Shown: one piece after another, positions 1 to 13,100 of the stretch
Layout: each line of letters starts with the position of its first letter
Numbering within the stretch: the first letter of the stretch is position 1
Assembly (NCBI RefSeq): GCF_009914755.1
Contig: NC_060946.1
DNA length: 64,000 nucleotides
From: the human T2T-CHM13v2.0 reference genome, Homo sapiens
Strand: one strand, 5' to 3'
The notes under the pieces: model-generated
Databases searched by the model: none
The model's input: the letters and a program-made list of their open reading frames with translations, nothing else
Told to the model about the DNA's origin: nothing
Translations under genes and position numbers: made by a program

Positions 1-469
1 CCAGATACTACAAAAAGAGTGTTTCAAACCTACTCTGTGAAAGGGAATATTCCGCTCTGTGACTTGAATGCAGATATCACAATGAAGTTTCTGAGAATGC
101 TTCTGTCGAGATTTTATATGAAGATATTCCCGTTTCCAACAAAATCCTGAAATCTATCCAAATATCCCCTCGCAGATTCTACAAAAAGAGTGTTTCAAAA
201 CTGCTCTGTAAAAAGAAAGGTTCAACTCTGTTAGTTGAGTACACACATCACAAACAAGTTTCACAGAATGCTTCTTTCTAGCTTGTAGGGGAAGATATTC
301 CCTTTATCACCGTGGGCCTCAAACCGTCCGAAACGTCCACTTCCATATACTACAAAAAGAGCGTTTCAAACCTGCTCTATGAAAGGCAATGTTCAACTCT
401 GTGACTTGAATGCAGACTTCACAGAGCAGTTTCTGAGAATGCTTCTGTCTAGATTTTATAGGAAGATAT

Positions 470-486
470 TCCCGTTTCCAACGAAA
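470..486 (-). promoter_or_regulatory. CENP-B box (example; 4 per HOR through the array, first set at 128 [mutated], 470, 812, 1148, then 1490)
   Basis: Plus-strand tcccgtttccaacgaaa equals TTTCGTTGGAAACGGGA, matching the NTTCGNNNNANNCGGGN core. Confidence 0.97.
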
Positions 487-1362
487 TCTTCACAGCTATC
501 CAAATATCCACTTGCAGATTCTACAAAAAGAGTGTATCAAAACTGCTCTGTCAAAAGGAAGGTTCTTCTCTGTTAGTTGAGTACATACGTCATAAAGGAG
601 TTTCTGAGAATGTTTCTGTCTAGTGGTTATGGGAAGATATTTGCTTTTTCACCTTAGGCCTCAGAGCGCTCCAAATATCCACTTGCACATACTACAAAAA
701 GAGTGCTTCAAAGCTGCTCTCTGAAAGGGAATGTTCAACTCTATGAGTTGAATGCAAACATCACAAAGACGTTTCTGAGAATGCTTCTGTCTAGATTTGA
801 TATGAAGATATACCCGTTTCCAACGAAATCTTCAAATCTATCCAAATGTCCACTTGCAGATTCAACAAAGTGTTTCTCAAAACTGCTGTATCAAAAGAAA
901 GATCCACCTCTGTTACCTGAGTTCACACTTCGCAAACAAGTTTATCAGAACTCTTCTGTCTAGTTTTTATTTGAAGATATATCCTTTCTCACTATAGACC
1001 TGAAAGCTCTCATAAAGTTCACGTCCAGATACTACAGAAAGAGTGTTTCAAAAATGCTGTATGAAAGGGAATGTTCAACTCTGTGACTTGAATGCACACA
1101 TCACAAGGAAGTTTCTGAGGATGCTGCTGTCTAGTTTTTATACGTAATCCCGTTTCCAACGAAATCCTCCAAGCTATCCAAATATCCACTTGCAGATTCC
1201 ACAGAAAGACTGTTTCAAAACTGCTCTGTCAATAGAAAGGTTCAACTCTGTTAGCTGCGTGCATATATCCCAAAGGAGATTCTGAGATTGCTTCTGTCTA
1301 GTTTTTATGGGAAGATATTTCCCTTTTCACTTTAGGTGTCAAGGCGCTCCAAATGTCCACTT

Positions 1363-2726
1363 CCAGATACTACAAAAAGAGTGTTTCAAACCTACTCTGT
1401 GAAAGGGAATATTCAACTCTGTGACTTGAATGCAGATATCACAAAGAAGTTTCTGAGAATGCTTCTGTCGAGATTTTATATGAAGATATTCCCGTTTCCA
1501 ACGAAATCCTGAAATCTATCCAAATATCCCCTCGCAGATTCTACAAAAAGAGTGTTTCAAAACTGCTCTGTAAATAGAAAGGTTCAACTCTGTTAGTTGA
1601 GTACACACATCACAAACAAGTTTCACAGAATGCTTCTTTCTAGCTTGTAGGGGAAGATATTCCCTTTATCACCATGGGCCTCAAACCGTCCGAAACGTTT
1701 ACTTCCATATACTACAAAAAGAGCTTTTCAAACCTGCTCTATGAAAGGCAATGTTCAACTCTGTGACTTTAATGCAGACATCACAGAGCAGTTTCTGAGA
1801 ATGCTTCTGTCTAGATTTTATAGGAAGATATTTCCGTTTCCAACGAAACCTTCACAGCTATCCAAATATCCACTTGCAGATTCTACAAAAAGAGTGTATC
1901 AAAACTGCTCTGTCAAAAGGAATGTTCTTCTCTGTTAGTTGAGTACATACGTCATAAAGGAGTTTCTGAGAATGTTTCTGTCTAGTGGTTACGGGAAGAT
2001 ATTTGCTTTTTCACCTTAGGCCTCAGAGCGCTCCAAATATCCACTTGCACATACTACAAAAAGAGTGCTTCAAAGCTGCTCTCTGAAACGGAATGTTCAA
2101 CTCTATGAGTTGAATGCAAACATCACAAAGACGTTTCTGAGAATGCTTCTGTCTAGATTTGATATGAAGATATTCCCGTTTCCAACGAAATCTTCAAATC
2201 TATCCAAATGTCCACTTGCAGATTCAACAAAAAGTGTTTTTCAGAACTGCTCTATCAAAAGAAAGATCCACCTCTGTTAGCTGAGTTCACACATCACAAA
2301 CAAGTTTTTGAGAATGCTTCTGTCTAGTTTTTATTTGAAGATATTTCCTTTCTCACCATAGACCTGGAAGCTGTCCTAATGTTCACTTCCAGATACTACA
2401 GAAAGAGTGTTTCAAAACTGCTGTACGAAAGGGAATGTTCAACTCTGTGACTTGAATGCACACATCACAAAGAAGTTTCTGAGGATGCTGCTGTCTACTT
2501 TTTATACGTAATCCCGTTTCCAACGAAATCCTCCAATCTATGCAAATATCCACTTGCAGATTCCACAGAAAGAGTGTTTCAAAACTGCTCTGTCAATAGA
2601 AAGGTTCAACTCTGTTAGCTGCGTGCATATATCCCAAAGAAGATTCTGAGATTGCTTCTGTCTAGTTTTTAGGGGAAGATATTTCCCTTTTCACCGTAGG
2701 TGTCAAGGCGCTCCAAATGTCCACTT
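1363..2726 (-). repeat. One representative 8-mer HOR unit; probable D14Z9/D22Z1 (S2C14/22H1L) family
   Basis: CENP-B box spacing of 342+342+338+342 = 1364, so one monomer is 4 bp short (tatacgtaatcccg instead of tatatgaagatattcccg). The monomers with ccatgggcctcaaaccgtccgaaacg and atcccctcgcagattc match my recollection of the acrocentric 13/21 and 14/22 arrays, and the 8-mer length fits 14/22. Assignment is from memory only; other SF2 arrays (chr18, chr20) are not excluded. Confidence 0.65.
2345..2361 (-). promoter_or_regulatory. pJ-alpha-type (A-box) site in non-CENP-B monomers (example; 4 variants per HOR)
   Basis: ttcctttctcaccatag lies 171 bp after the CENP-B box at 2174. Homologous variants are ttcccttttcaccgtag, tccctttatcaccatgg and ttgctttttcaccgtag, resembling TTCCTTTTYCACCRTAG. 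Confidence 0.75.
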
Positions 2727-5700
2727 ACAGATACTACAAAAAGAGTGTTTCAAACCTACTCTGTGAAAGGGAATATTCAACTCTGTGACTTGAATGCAGA
2801 TATCACAATGAAGTTTCTGAGAATGCCTCTGTCGCGATTTTATATGAAGATATTCCCGTTTCCAAGAAAATCCTGAAATCTATCCAAATATCTCCTCGCA
2901 GATTCTACAAAAAGAGTGTTTCAAAACTGCTCTGTAAAAAGAAAGGTTCAACTCTGTTAGTTGAGTACACACATCACAAACAAGTTTCACAGAATGCTTC
3001 TTTCTAGCTTGTAGGGGAAGATATTCCCTTTATCACCATGGGCCTCAGACCGTCCGAAACGTCCACTTCCATATACTACAAAAAGAGCGTTTCAAACCTG
3101 CTCTATGAAAGGCAATGTTCAACTCTGTGACTTGAATGCAGACATCACAGAGCAGTTTCTGAGAATGCTTCTGTCTAGATTTTATAGGAAGATATTCCCG
3201 TTTCCAACGAAATCTTCACAACTATCCAAATATCCACTTGCAGATTCTACAAAAAGAGTGTATCAAAACTGCTCTGTCAAAAGGAAGGTTCTTCTCTGTT
3301 AGATGAGTACATACGTCATAAAGGAGTTTCTGAGAATGTTTCTGTCTAGTGGTTATGGGAAGATATTTGCTTTTTCACCTTAGGCCTCAGAGCGCTCCAA
3401 ATATACACTTGCACATACTACAAAAAGAGTGCTTCAAAGCTGCTCTCTGAAACGGAATGTTCAACTCTATGAGTTGAATGCTAACATCACAAAGACGTTT
3501 CTGAGAATGCTTCTGTCTAGATTTGATATGAAGATATTCCCGTTTCCAACGAAATCTTCAAATCTATCCAAATGTCCACTTGCAGATTCAACAAAAAGTG
3601 TTTTTCAGAACTGCTCTATCAAAAGAAAGATCCACCTCTGTTAGCTGAGTTCACACATCACAAACAAGTTTATGAGAATGCTTCTGTCTAGTTTTTATTT
3701 GAAGATATTTCCTTTCTCACCATAGACCTGAAAGCTGTCCTAATGTTCACTTCCAGATACTACAGAAAGAGCGTTTGAAAACTGCTGTACGAAAGGGAAT
3801 GTTCAACTCTGTGACTTGAATGCACACATCACAAAGTAGTTTCTGAGGATGCTGCTGTCTACTTTTTATACGTAATCCCGTTTCCAACGAAATCCTCCAA
3901 GCTATCCAAATATCCACTTGCAGATTCCACAGAAAGACTGTTTCAAAACTGCTCTGTCAATAGAAAGGTTCAACTCTGTTAGCTGTGTGCATATATCCCA
4001 AAGAAGATTCTGAGATTGCTTCTGTCTAGTTTTTATGGGAAGATATTTCCCTTTTCACCGTAGGTGTCAAGGCGCTCCAAATGTCCACTTCCAGATACTA
4101 CAAAAAGAGTGTTTAAAACCTACTCTCTGAAAGGGAATATTCAACTCTGTGACTTGAATGCAGATATCACAAAGAAGTTTCTGAGAATGCTTCCGTCGAG
4201 ATTTTATATGAAGATATTCCCGTTTCCAACGAAATCCTGAAATCTATCAAATATCCCCTCGCAGATTCTACAAAAAGAGTGTTTCAACACTGCTCTGTAA
4301 AAAGAAAGGTTCAACTCTGTTAGTTGAGTACACACATCACAAACAAGTTTCACAGAATGCTTCTTTCTAGCTTGTAGGGGAAGATATTTCCTTTATCACC
4401 GTGGGCCTCAAACCGTCCGAAACGTCCACTTCCATATACTAAAAAAGGAGTGTTTCAAACCTGCTCTATGAAAGGCAATGTTCAACTCTGTGACTTGAAT
4501 GCAGACATCACAGAGCAGTTTCTGAGAATGCATCTGTCCAGACTTTATAGGAAGATATTCCCGTTTCCAACGAAATCTTCACAGCTATCCAAATATCCAC
4601 TTGCAGATAGTACAAAAAGAGTGTATCAAAAATGCTCTGTCAAAAGGAAAGTTCTTCTCTGCTAGTTGAGTACATACGTCATAAAGAAGTTACTGAGAAT
4701 GTTCCTGTCTAGTGGTTATGGGAAGATATTTGCTTTTTCCCCGTAGGCCTCAAAGCGCTACAAATGTCCACTTGCACATACTACAAAAAGAGTGCTTCAA
4801 AGCTGCTCTCTGAAAGGGAATGTTCAACTCTATGAGTTGAATGCTAACATCACAAAGACGTTTATGAGAATGCTTCTGTCTAGATTTGATATGAAGATAT
4901 TCCCGTTTCCAACAAAATCTTCAAATCTATCCAAATGTCCACTTGCAGATTCAACAAAAAGTGTTTTTCAGAACTGCTCTATCAAAAGAAAGATCCACCT
5001 CTGTTAGCTGAGTTCACACATCACAAACAAGTTTATGAGAATGCTTCTGTCTAGTTTTTATTTGAAGATATTTCCTTTCTCACCATAGACCTGAAAGCTG
5101 TCCTAATGTTCACTTCCAGATACTACAGAAAGAGCATTTCAAAACTGCTGTACGAAAGGGAATGTTCAACTCTGTGACTTGAATGCACACATCACAAAGA
5201 AGTTTCTGAGGATGCTGCTGTCTACTTTTTATACGTAATCCCGTTTCCAACGAAATCCTCCAATCTATCCAAATATCCACTTGCAGATTCCACAGAAAGA
5301 CTGTTTCAAAACTGCTCTGTCAATAGAAAGGTTCAACTCTGTTAGCTGCGTGCATATATCCCAAAGAAGATTCTGAGATTGCTTCTGTCTCGTTTTTATG
5401 GGAAGATATTTCCCTTTTCACCGTAGGTGTCAAGGCGCTCCAAATGTCCACTTCCAGATACTACAAAAAGAGTGTTTCAAACCTACTCTCTGAAAGGGAA
5501 TATTCAACTCTGTGACTTGAATGCAGATATCACAATGAAGTTTCTGAGAATGCTTCTGTCGAGATTTTATATGAAGATATTCCCGTTTCCAAAGAAATCC
5601 TGAAATCTATCCAAATATCCCCTCGCAGATTCTACAAAAAGAGTGTTTCAAAACTGCTCTGTAAAAAGAAAGGTTCAACCCTGTTAGTTGAGTACACACA

Positions 5701-7199
5701 TCACAAACAAGTTTCACAGAATGCTTCTTTCTAGCTTGTAGGGGAAGATATTCCCTTTATCACCATGGGCCTCAAACCGTCCGAAACGTTTACTTCCATA
5801 TACTACAAAAAGAGCGTTTCAAACCTGCTCTAGGAAAGGCAATGTTCAACTCTGTGACTTGAATGCAGACATCACAGAGCAGTTTCTGAGAATGCTTCTT
5901 TCTAGATTTTATAGGAAGATATTTCCGTTTCCAACGAAACCTTCACAGCTATCCAAATATCCACTTGCAGATTCTACAAAAAGAGTGTATCAAAACTGCT
6001 CTGTCAAAAGGAAGGTTCTTCTCTGTTAGGTGAGTGCATATGTCATAAAGGAGTTTCTGAGAATGTTTCTGTCTAGTGGTTATGGGAAGATATTTGCTTT
6101 TTCACCTTAGGCCTCAGAGCGCTCCAAATATCCACTTGCACATACTACAAAAAGAGTGCTTCAAAGCTGCTCTCTGAAAGGGAATGTTCAACTCTATGAG
6201 TTGAATGCAAACATCACAAAGACGTTTCTGAGAATGCTTCTGTCTAGATTTGATATGAAGATATTCCCGTTTCCAACGAAATCTTCAAATCTATCCAAAT
6301 TTCCACTTGCAGATTCAACAAAAAGTGTTTTTCAGAACTGCTCTATCAAAAGAAAGATCCACCTCTGTTAGCTGAGTTCCCACATCACAAACAAGTTTAT
6401 GAGAATGCTTCTGTCTAGTTTTTATTTGAAGATATTTCCTTTCTCACCATAGACCTGAAAGCTGTCCTAATGTTCACTCCCAGATACTACAGAAAGAGTG
6501 TTTCAAAACTGCTGTACGAAAGGGAATGTTCAACTCTGTGACTTGAATGCACACATCACAAAGAAGTTTCTGAGGATGCTGCTGTCTACTTTTTATACGT
6601 AATCCCGTTTCCAACGAAATCCTCCAATCTATCCAAATATCCACTTGCAGATTCCACAGAAAGACTGTTTCAAAACTGCTCTGTCAATAGAAAGGTTCAA
6701 CTCTGTTAGCTGCGTGCATATATCCCAAAGAAGATTCTGAGATTGCTTCTGTCTAGTTTTTATGGGAATATATTTCCCTTTTCACTGTAGGTGTCAAGGC
6801 GCTCCAAATGTCCACTTCCAGATACTACAAAAAGAGTGTTTCAAACCTACTCTCTGAAAGGGAATATTCAACTCTGTGACTTGAATGCAGATATCACAAT
6901 GATGTTTCTGAGAATGCTTCTGTCGAGATTTTATATGAAGATATTCCCGTTTCCAACGAAATCCTGAAATCTATCCAAATATCCCCTCGCAGATTCTACA
7001 AAAAGAGTGTTTCAAAACTGCTCTGTAAAAAGAAAGGTTCAACTCTGTTAGTTGAGTACACACATCACAAACAAGTTTCACAGAATGCTTCTTTCTAGCT
7101 TGTAGGGGAAGATATTCCCTTTATCACCATGGGCCTCAAACCGTCCGAAACGTCCACTTCCATATACTACAAAAAGAGCGTTTCAAACCTGCTCTATGA

Positions 7200-10130
7200 A
7201 AGGCAATGTTCAACTCTGTCACTTGAATGCAGACATCACAGAGCTGTTTCTGAGAATGCTTCTGTCTAGATTTAATAGGAAGATATTCCCGTTTCCAATG
7301 AAATCTTCACAGCTATCCAAATATCCACTTGCAGATTCTACAAAAAGAGTGTATCAAAACTGCTCTGTCAAAAGGAAGGTTCTTCTCTGTTAGGTGAGTG
7401 CATACGTCATAAAGGAGTTTCTGAGAATGTTTCTGTCTAGTGGTTATTCGAAGATATTTGCTTTTTCACCGTAGGCCTCAGAGCGCTCCAAATATCCACT
7501 TGCACATACTACAAAAAGAGTGCCTCAAAGCTGCTCTCTGAAACGGAATGTTCAACTCTATGAGTTGAATGCAAACATCACAAAGACGTTTCTGAGAATG
7601 CCTCTGTCTAGATTTGATATGAAGATATTCCCGTTTCCAACGAAATCTTCAAATCTATCCAAATGTCCACTTGCAGATTCAACAAAAAGTGTTTTTCAGA
7701 ACTGCTCTATCAAAAGAAAGATCCACCTCTGATAGCTGAGTTCACACTTCACAAACAAGTTTATGAGAATGCTTCTGTCTAGTTTTTATTTGAAGATATT
7801 TCCTTTCTCACCATAGACCTGAAAGCTGTCCTAATGTTCACTTCCAGATACTACAGAAAGAGTGTTTCAAAACTGCTGTACGAAAGGGAATGTTCAACTC
7901 TGTGACTTGAATGCACACATCACAAAGAAGTTTCTGAGGATGCTGCTGTCTACTTTTTATACGTAATCCCGTTTCCAACGAAATCCTCCAAGCTATCCAA
8001 ATATCCACTTGCAGATTCCACAGAAAGACTGTTTCAAAAGTGCTCTCTCAATAGAAAGGTTCAACTCTGTTAGCTGCGTGCATATATCCCAAAGAAGATT
8101 CTGAGATTGCTTCTGTCTAGTTTTTATGGGAAGATATTTCCCTTTTCACCGTAGGCGTCAAGGCGCTCCAAATGTCCACTTCCAGATATTACAAAAAGAG
8201 TGTTTCAAACCTACTCTGTGAAAGGGAATATTCAACTCTGTGACTTGAATGCACATATCACAAAGAAGTTTCTGAGAATGCTTCTGTCGAGATTTTATAT
8301 GAAGATATTCCCGTTTCCAACGAAATCCTGAAATCTATCCAAATATCCCCTCGCAGATTCTACAAAAAGAGTGTTTCAAAACTGCTCTGTAAAAAGAAAG
8401 GTTCAACTCTGTTAGTTGAGTACACACATCACAAACAAGTTTCACAGAATGCTTCTTTCTAGCTTGTAGGGGAAGATATTCCCTTTATCACCATGGGCCT
8501 CAAACCGTCCGAAACGTCCACTTCCATATACTACAAAAAGAGCGTTTCAAACCTGCTCTATGAAAGGCAATGTTCAACTCTGTGACTTGAATGCAGACAT
8601 CACAGAGCAGTTTCTGAGAATGCTTCTGTCTAGATTTTATAGGAAGATATTCCCGTTTCCAACGAAATCTTCACAGCTATCCAAATATCCACTTGCAGAT
8701 TCTACAAAAAGAGTGTATCAAAACTGCTCTGTCAAAAGGAAGGTTCTTCTCTGTTAGGTGAGTGCATACGTCATAAAGGAGTTTCTGAGAATGTTTCTGT
8801 CTAGTGGTTATGGGAAGATATTTGCTTTTTCCCCGTAGGCCTCAGGGCGCTCCAAATGTCCACTTGCACATGCTACAAAAAGAGTGCTTCAAAGCTGCTC
8901 TCTGAAACGGAATGTTCAACTCTATGAGTTGAATGCAAACATCGCAAAGACGTTTCTGAGAATGCTTCTGTCTAGATTTGATATGAAGATATTCCCGTTT
9001 CCAACGAAATCTTCAAATCTATCCAAATGTCCACTTGCAGATTCAACAAAAAGTGTTTTTCAGAACTGCTCTATCAAAAGAAAGATCCACCTCTGTTAGC
9101 TGAGTTCACACATCACAAACAAGTTTATGAGAATGCTTCTGTCTAGTTTTTATTTGAAGATATTTCCTTTCTCACCATAGACCTGAAAGCTGTCCTAATG
9201 TTCACTTCCAGATACTACAGAAAGAGTGTTTCAAAACTGCTGTACGAAAGGGAATGTTCAACTCTGTGACTTGAATGCACACATCACAAAGAAGTTTCTG
9301 AGGATGCTGCTGTCTACTTTTTATACGTAATCCCGTTTCCAACGAAATCCTCCAATCTATCCAAATATCCACTTGCAGATTCCACAGAAAGACTGTTTCA
9401 AAACTGCTCTGTCAATAGAAAGGTTCAACTCTGTTAGCTGCGTGCATATATCCCAAAGAAGATTCTGAGATTGCTTCTGTCTAGTTTTTATGGGAAGATA
9501 TTTCCGTTTTCACCGTAGACGTCAAGGCGCTCCAAATGTCCACTTCCAGATACTACAAAAAGAGTGTTTCAAACCTACTCTGTGAAAGGGAATATTCAAC
9601 TCTGTGACTTGAATGCAGATATCACAAAGAAGTTTCTGAGAATGCTTCTGTCGAGATTTTATATGAAGATATTCCCGTTTCCAACGAAATCCTGAAATCT
9701 ATCCAAATATCCCCTCGCAGATTCTACAAAAAGAGTGTTTCAAAACTGCTCTGTAAAAAGAAAGGTTCAACTCTGTTAGTTGAGTACACACATCACAAAC
9801 AAGTTTCACAGAATGCTTCTTTCTAGCTTGTAGGGGAAGATATTCCCTTTATCACCATGGGCCTCAAACCGTCCGAAACGTCCACTTCCATATACTACAA
9901 AAAGAGTGTTTCAAACCTGCTCTATGAAAGGCAGTGTTCAACTCTGTGACGTGAATGCAGACATCACAGAGCAGTTTCTGAGAATGCTTCTGTCCAGACT
10001 TTATAGGAAGATATTCCCGTTTCCAACGAAATCTTCACAGCTATCCAAATATCCACTTGCAGATAGTACAAAAAGAGTGTATCAAAAATGCTCTGTCAAA
10101 AGGAAAGTTCTTCTCTGCTAGTTGAGTACA
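7200..10130 (-). repeat. ~2.1-HOR block, copy 1 (copy 2 at ~14020-16945, offset 5 HORs)
   Basis: Shared rare variants gagctgtttc, tttaatagg, ccaatg, ttattcg, aaagtgctctctca, gatattac, atcgcaaa, ccgttttcaccgtagac, gacgtgaat. ORF pairs 7196/14016 and 8884/15704 are 6820 bp apart. Confidence 0.9.
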
Positions 10131-13100
10131 TACGTCATAAAGGAGTTTCTGAGAATGTTTCTGTCTAGTGGTTATGGGAAGATATTTGCTTTTTCCCCGT
10201 AGGCCTCAGAGCGCTCCAAATGTCCACTTGCACATGCTACAAAAAGAGTGCTTCAAAGCGGCTCTCTGACAGGGAATCTTCAACTGTATGAGTTGAATGC
10301 AAACATCACAAAGACGTTTCTGAGAATGCTTCTGTCTAGATTTGATATGAAGATATTCCCGTTTCCAACGAAATCTTCAAATCTATCCAAATGTCCATTT
10401 GCAGATTCAACAAAAAGAGTTTTTCAAAACTGTTATATCAAAAGAAAGATCCACATCTGTTAGCTGAGTTCACACATCACAAACAAGTTTAAGAGAATGC
10501 TTCTGTCTAGTTTTTATTTGAAGATATTTCCTTTCTCACCATAGACCTGAAAGCTGTCCTAATGTTCACTTCCAGATACTACAGAAAGAGTGTTTCAAAA
10601 CTGCTGTATGAAAGGGAATGTTCAACTCTGTGACTTGAATGCACACATCACAAAGAAGTTTCTGAGGATGCTGCTGTCTACTTTTTATATGTAATCCCGT
10701 TTCCAAAGAAATCCTCCAAGCTATCCAAATATCCACTTGCAGATTCCACAGAAAGACTGTTTCTAAACTGCTCTGTCAATAGAAAGGTTCAACTCTGTTA
10801 GCTGCGTGCATATATCCCAAAGAAGATTCTGAGATTGCTTCTGTCTAGTTTTTATGGGAAGATATTTCCCTTTTCACCGTAGGCGTCAAGGCGCTCCAAA
10901 TGTCCACTTCCAGATACTACAAAAAGAGTGTTTCAAACCTAATCTGTGAAAGGGAATATTCAACTCTGTGACTTGAATGCACATATCACAAACAAGTTTC
11001 TGAGAATGCTTCTGTCGAGATTTTATGTGAAGATATTCCCGTTTCCAACGAAATCCTGAAATCTATCCAAATATCCCCTCGCAGATTCTACAAAAAGAGT
11101 GTTTCAAAACTGCTCTGTAAAAAGAAAGGTTCAACTCTGTTACTTGAGTACACACATCACAAACAAGTTTCACAGAATGCTTCTTTCTAGCTTGTAGGGG
11201 AAGATATTCCCTTCATCACCATGGGCCTCAAACCGTCCGAAACGTCCACTTCCATATACTACAAAAAGAGCGTTTCAAACCTGCTCTAGGAAAGGCAATG
11301 TTCAACTCTGTGACTTGAATGCAGACATCACAGAGCAGTTTCTGAGAATGCTTCTGTCTAGATTTTATAGGAAGATATTCCCGTTTCCAACGAAATCTTC
11401 ACAGCTATCCAAATATCCACTTGCAGATTCTACAAAAAGAGTGTATCAAAACTGCTCTGTCAAAAGGAAGGTTCTTCTCTGTTAGGTGAGTGCATACGTC
11501 ATAAAGGAGTTTCTGAGAATGTTTCTGTCTAGTGGTTATGGGAAGATATTTGCTTTTTCACCTTAGGCCTCAGAGCGCTCCAAATATCCACTTGCACATA
11601 CTACAAAAAGAGTTCTTCAAAGCTGCTCTCTGAAAGGGAATGTTCAACTCTATGAGTTGAATGCAAACATCACAAAGACGTTTCTGAGAATGCTTCTGTC
11701 TAGATTTGATATGAAGATATTCCCGTTTCCAACGAAATCTTCAAATCTATCCAAATGTCCACTTGCAGATTCAACAAAAAGTGTTTTTCAGAACTGCTCT
11801 ATCAAAAGAAAGATCCACCTCTGTTAGCTGAGTTCCCACATCACAAACAAGTTTATGAGAATGCTTCTGTCTAGTTTTTATTTGAAGATATTTCCTTTCT
11901 CACCATAGACCTGAAAGCTGTCCTAATGTTCACTCCCAGATACTACAGAAAGAGTGTTTCAAAACTGCTGTACGAAAGGGAATGTTCAACTCTGTGACTT
12001 GAATGCACACATCACAAAGAAGTTTCTGAGGATGCTGCTGTCTACTTTTTATACGTAATCCCGTTTCCAACGAAATCCTCCAATCTATCCAAATATCCAC
12101 TTGCAGATTCCACAGAAAGACTGTTTCAAAACTGCTCTGTCAATAGAAAGGTTCAACTCTGTTAGCTGGGTGCATATATCCCAAAGAAGATTCTGAGATT
12201 GCTTCTGTCTAGTTTTTATGGGAATATATTCCCCTTTTCACCGTAGGTGTCAAGGCGCTCCAAATGTCCACTTCCAGATACTACAAAAAGAGTGTTTCAA
12301 ACCTACTCTCTGAAAGGGAATATTCAACTCTGTGACTTGAATGCAGATATCACAATGATGTTTCTGAGAATGCTTCTATCGAGATTTTATATGAAGATAT
12401 TCCCGTTTCCAACGAAATCCTGAAATCTATCCAAATATCCCCTCGCAGATTCTACAAAAAGAGTGTTTCAAAACTGCTCTGTAAAAAGAAAGGTTCAACT
12501 CTGTTAGTTGAGTACACACATCACAAACAAGTTTCACAGAATGCTTCTTTCTAGCTTGTAGGGGAAGATATTCCCTTTATCACCATGGGCCTCAAACCGT
12601 CCGAAACGTCTACTTCCATATACTACAAAAAGAGCGTTTCAAACCTGCTCTATGAAAGGCAATGTTCAACTCTGTGACTTGAATGCAGACATCACAGAGC
12701 AGTTTCTGAGAATGCTTCTGTCTAGATTTCATAGGAAGATATTTCCGTTTCCAACGAAACCTTCACAGCTATTCAAATATCCACTTGCAGATTCTACAAA
12801 AAGAGTGTATCAAAACTGCTCTGTCAAAAGGAAGGTTCTTCTCTGTTAGGTGAGTGCATACGTCATAAAGGAGTTTCTGAGAATGTTTCTGTCTAGTGGT
12901 TATGGGAAGATATTTGCTTTTTCACCGTAGGCCTCAGAGCGCTCCAAATATCCACTTGCACATACTACAAAAAGAGTGCTTCAAAGCTGCTCTCTGAAAG
13001 GGAATGTTCAACTCTATGAGTTGAATGTAAACATCACAAAGACGTTTCTGAGAATGCTTCTGTCTAGATTTGATATGAAGATATTCCCGTTTCCAAGGAA

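Noticed and set aside
812-828. Variant CENP-B boxes acccg... (812, 62522) and ...cgaag (~58426)
   Set aside because: The changes affect only non-essential terminal positions, so I did not count them as broken.
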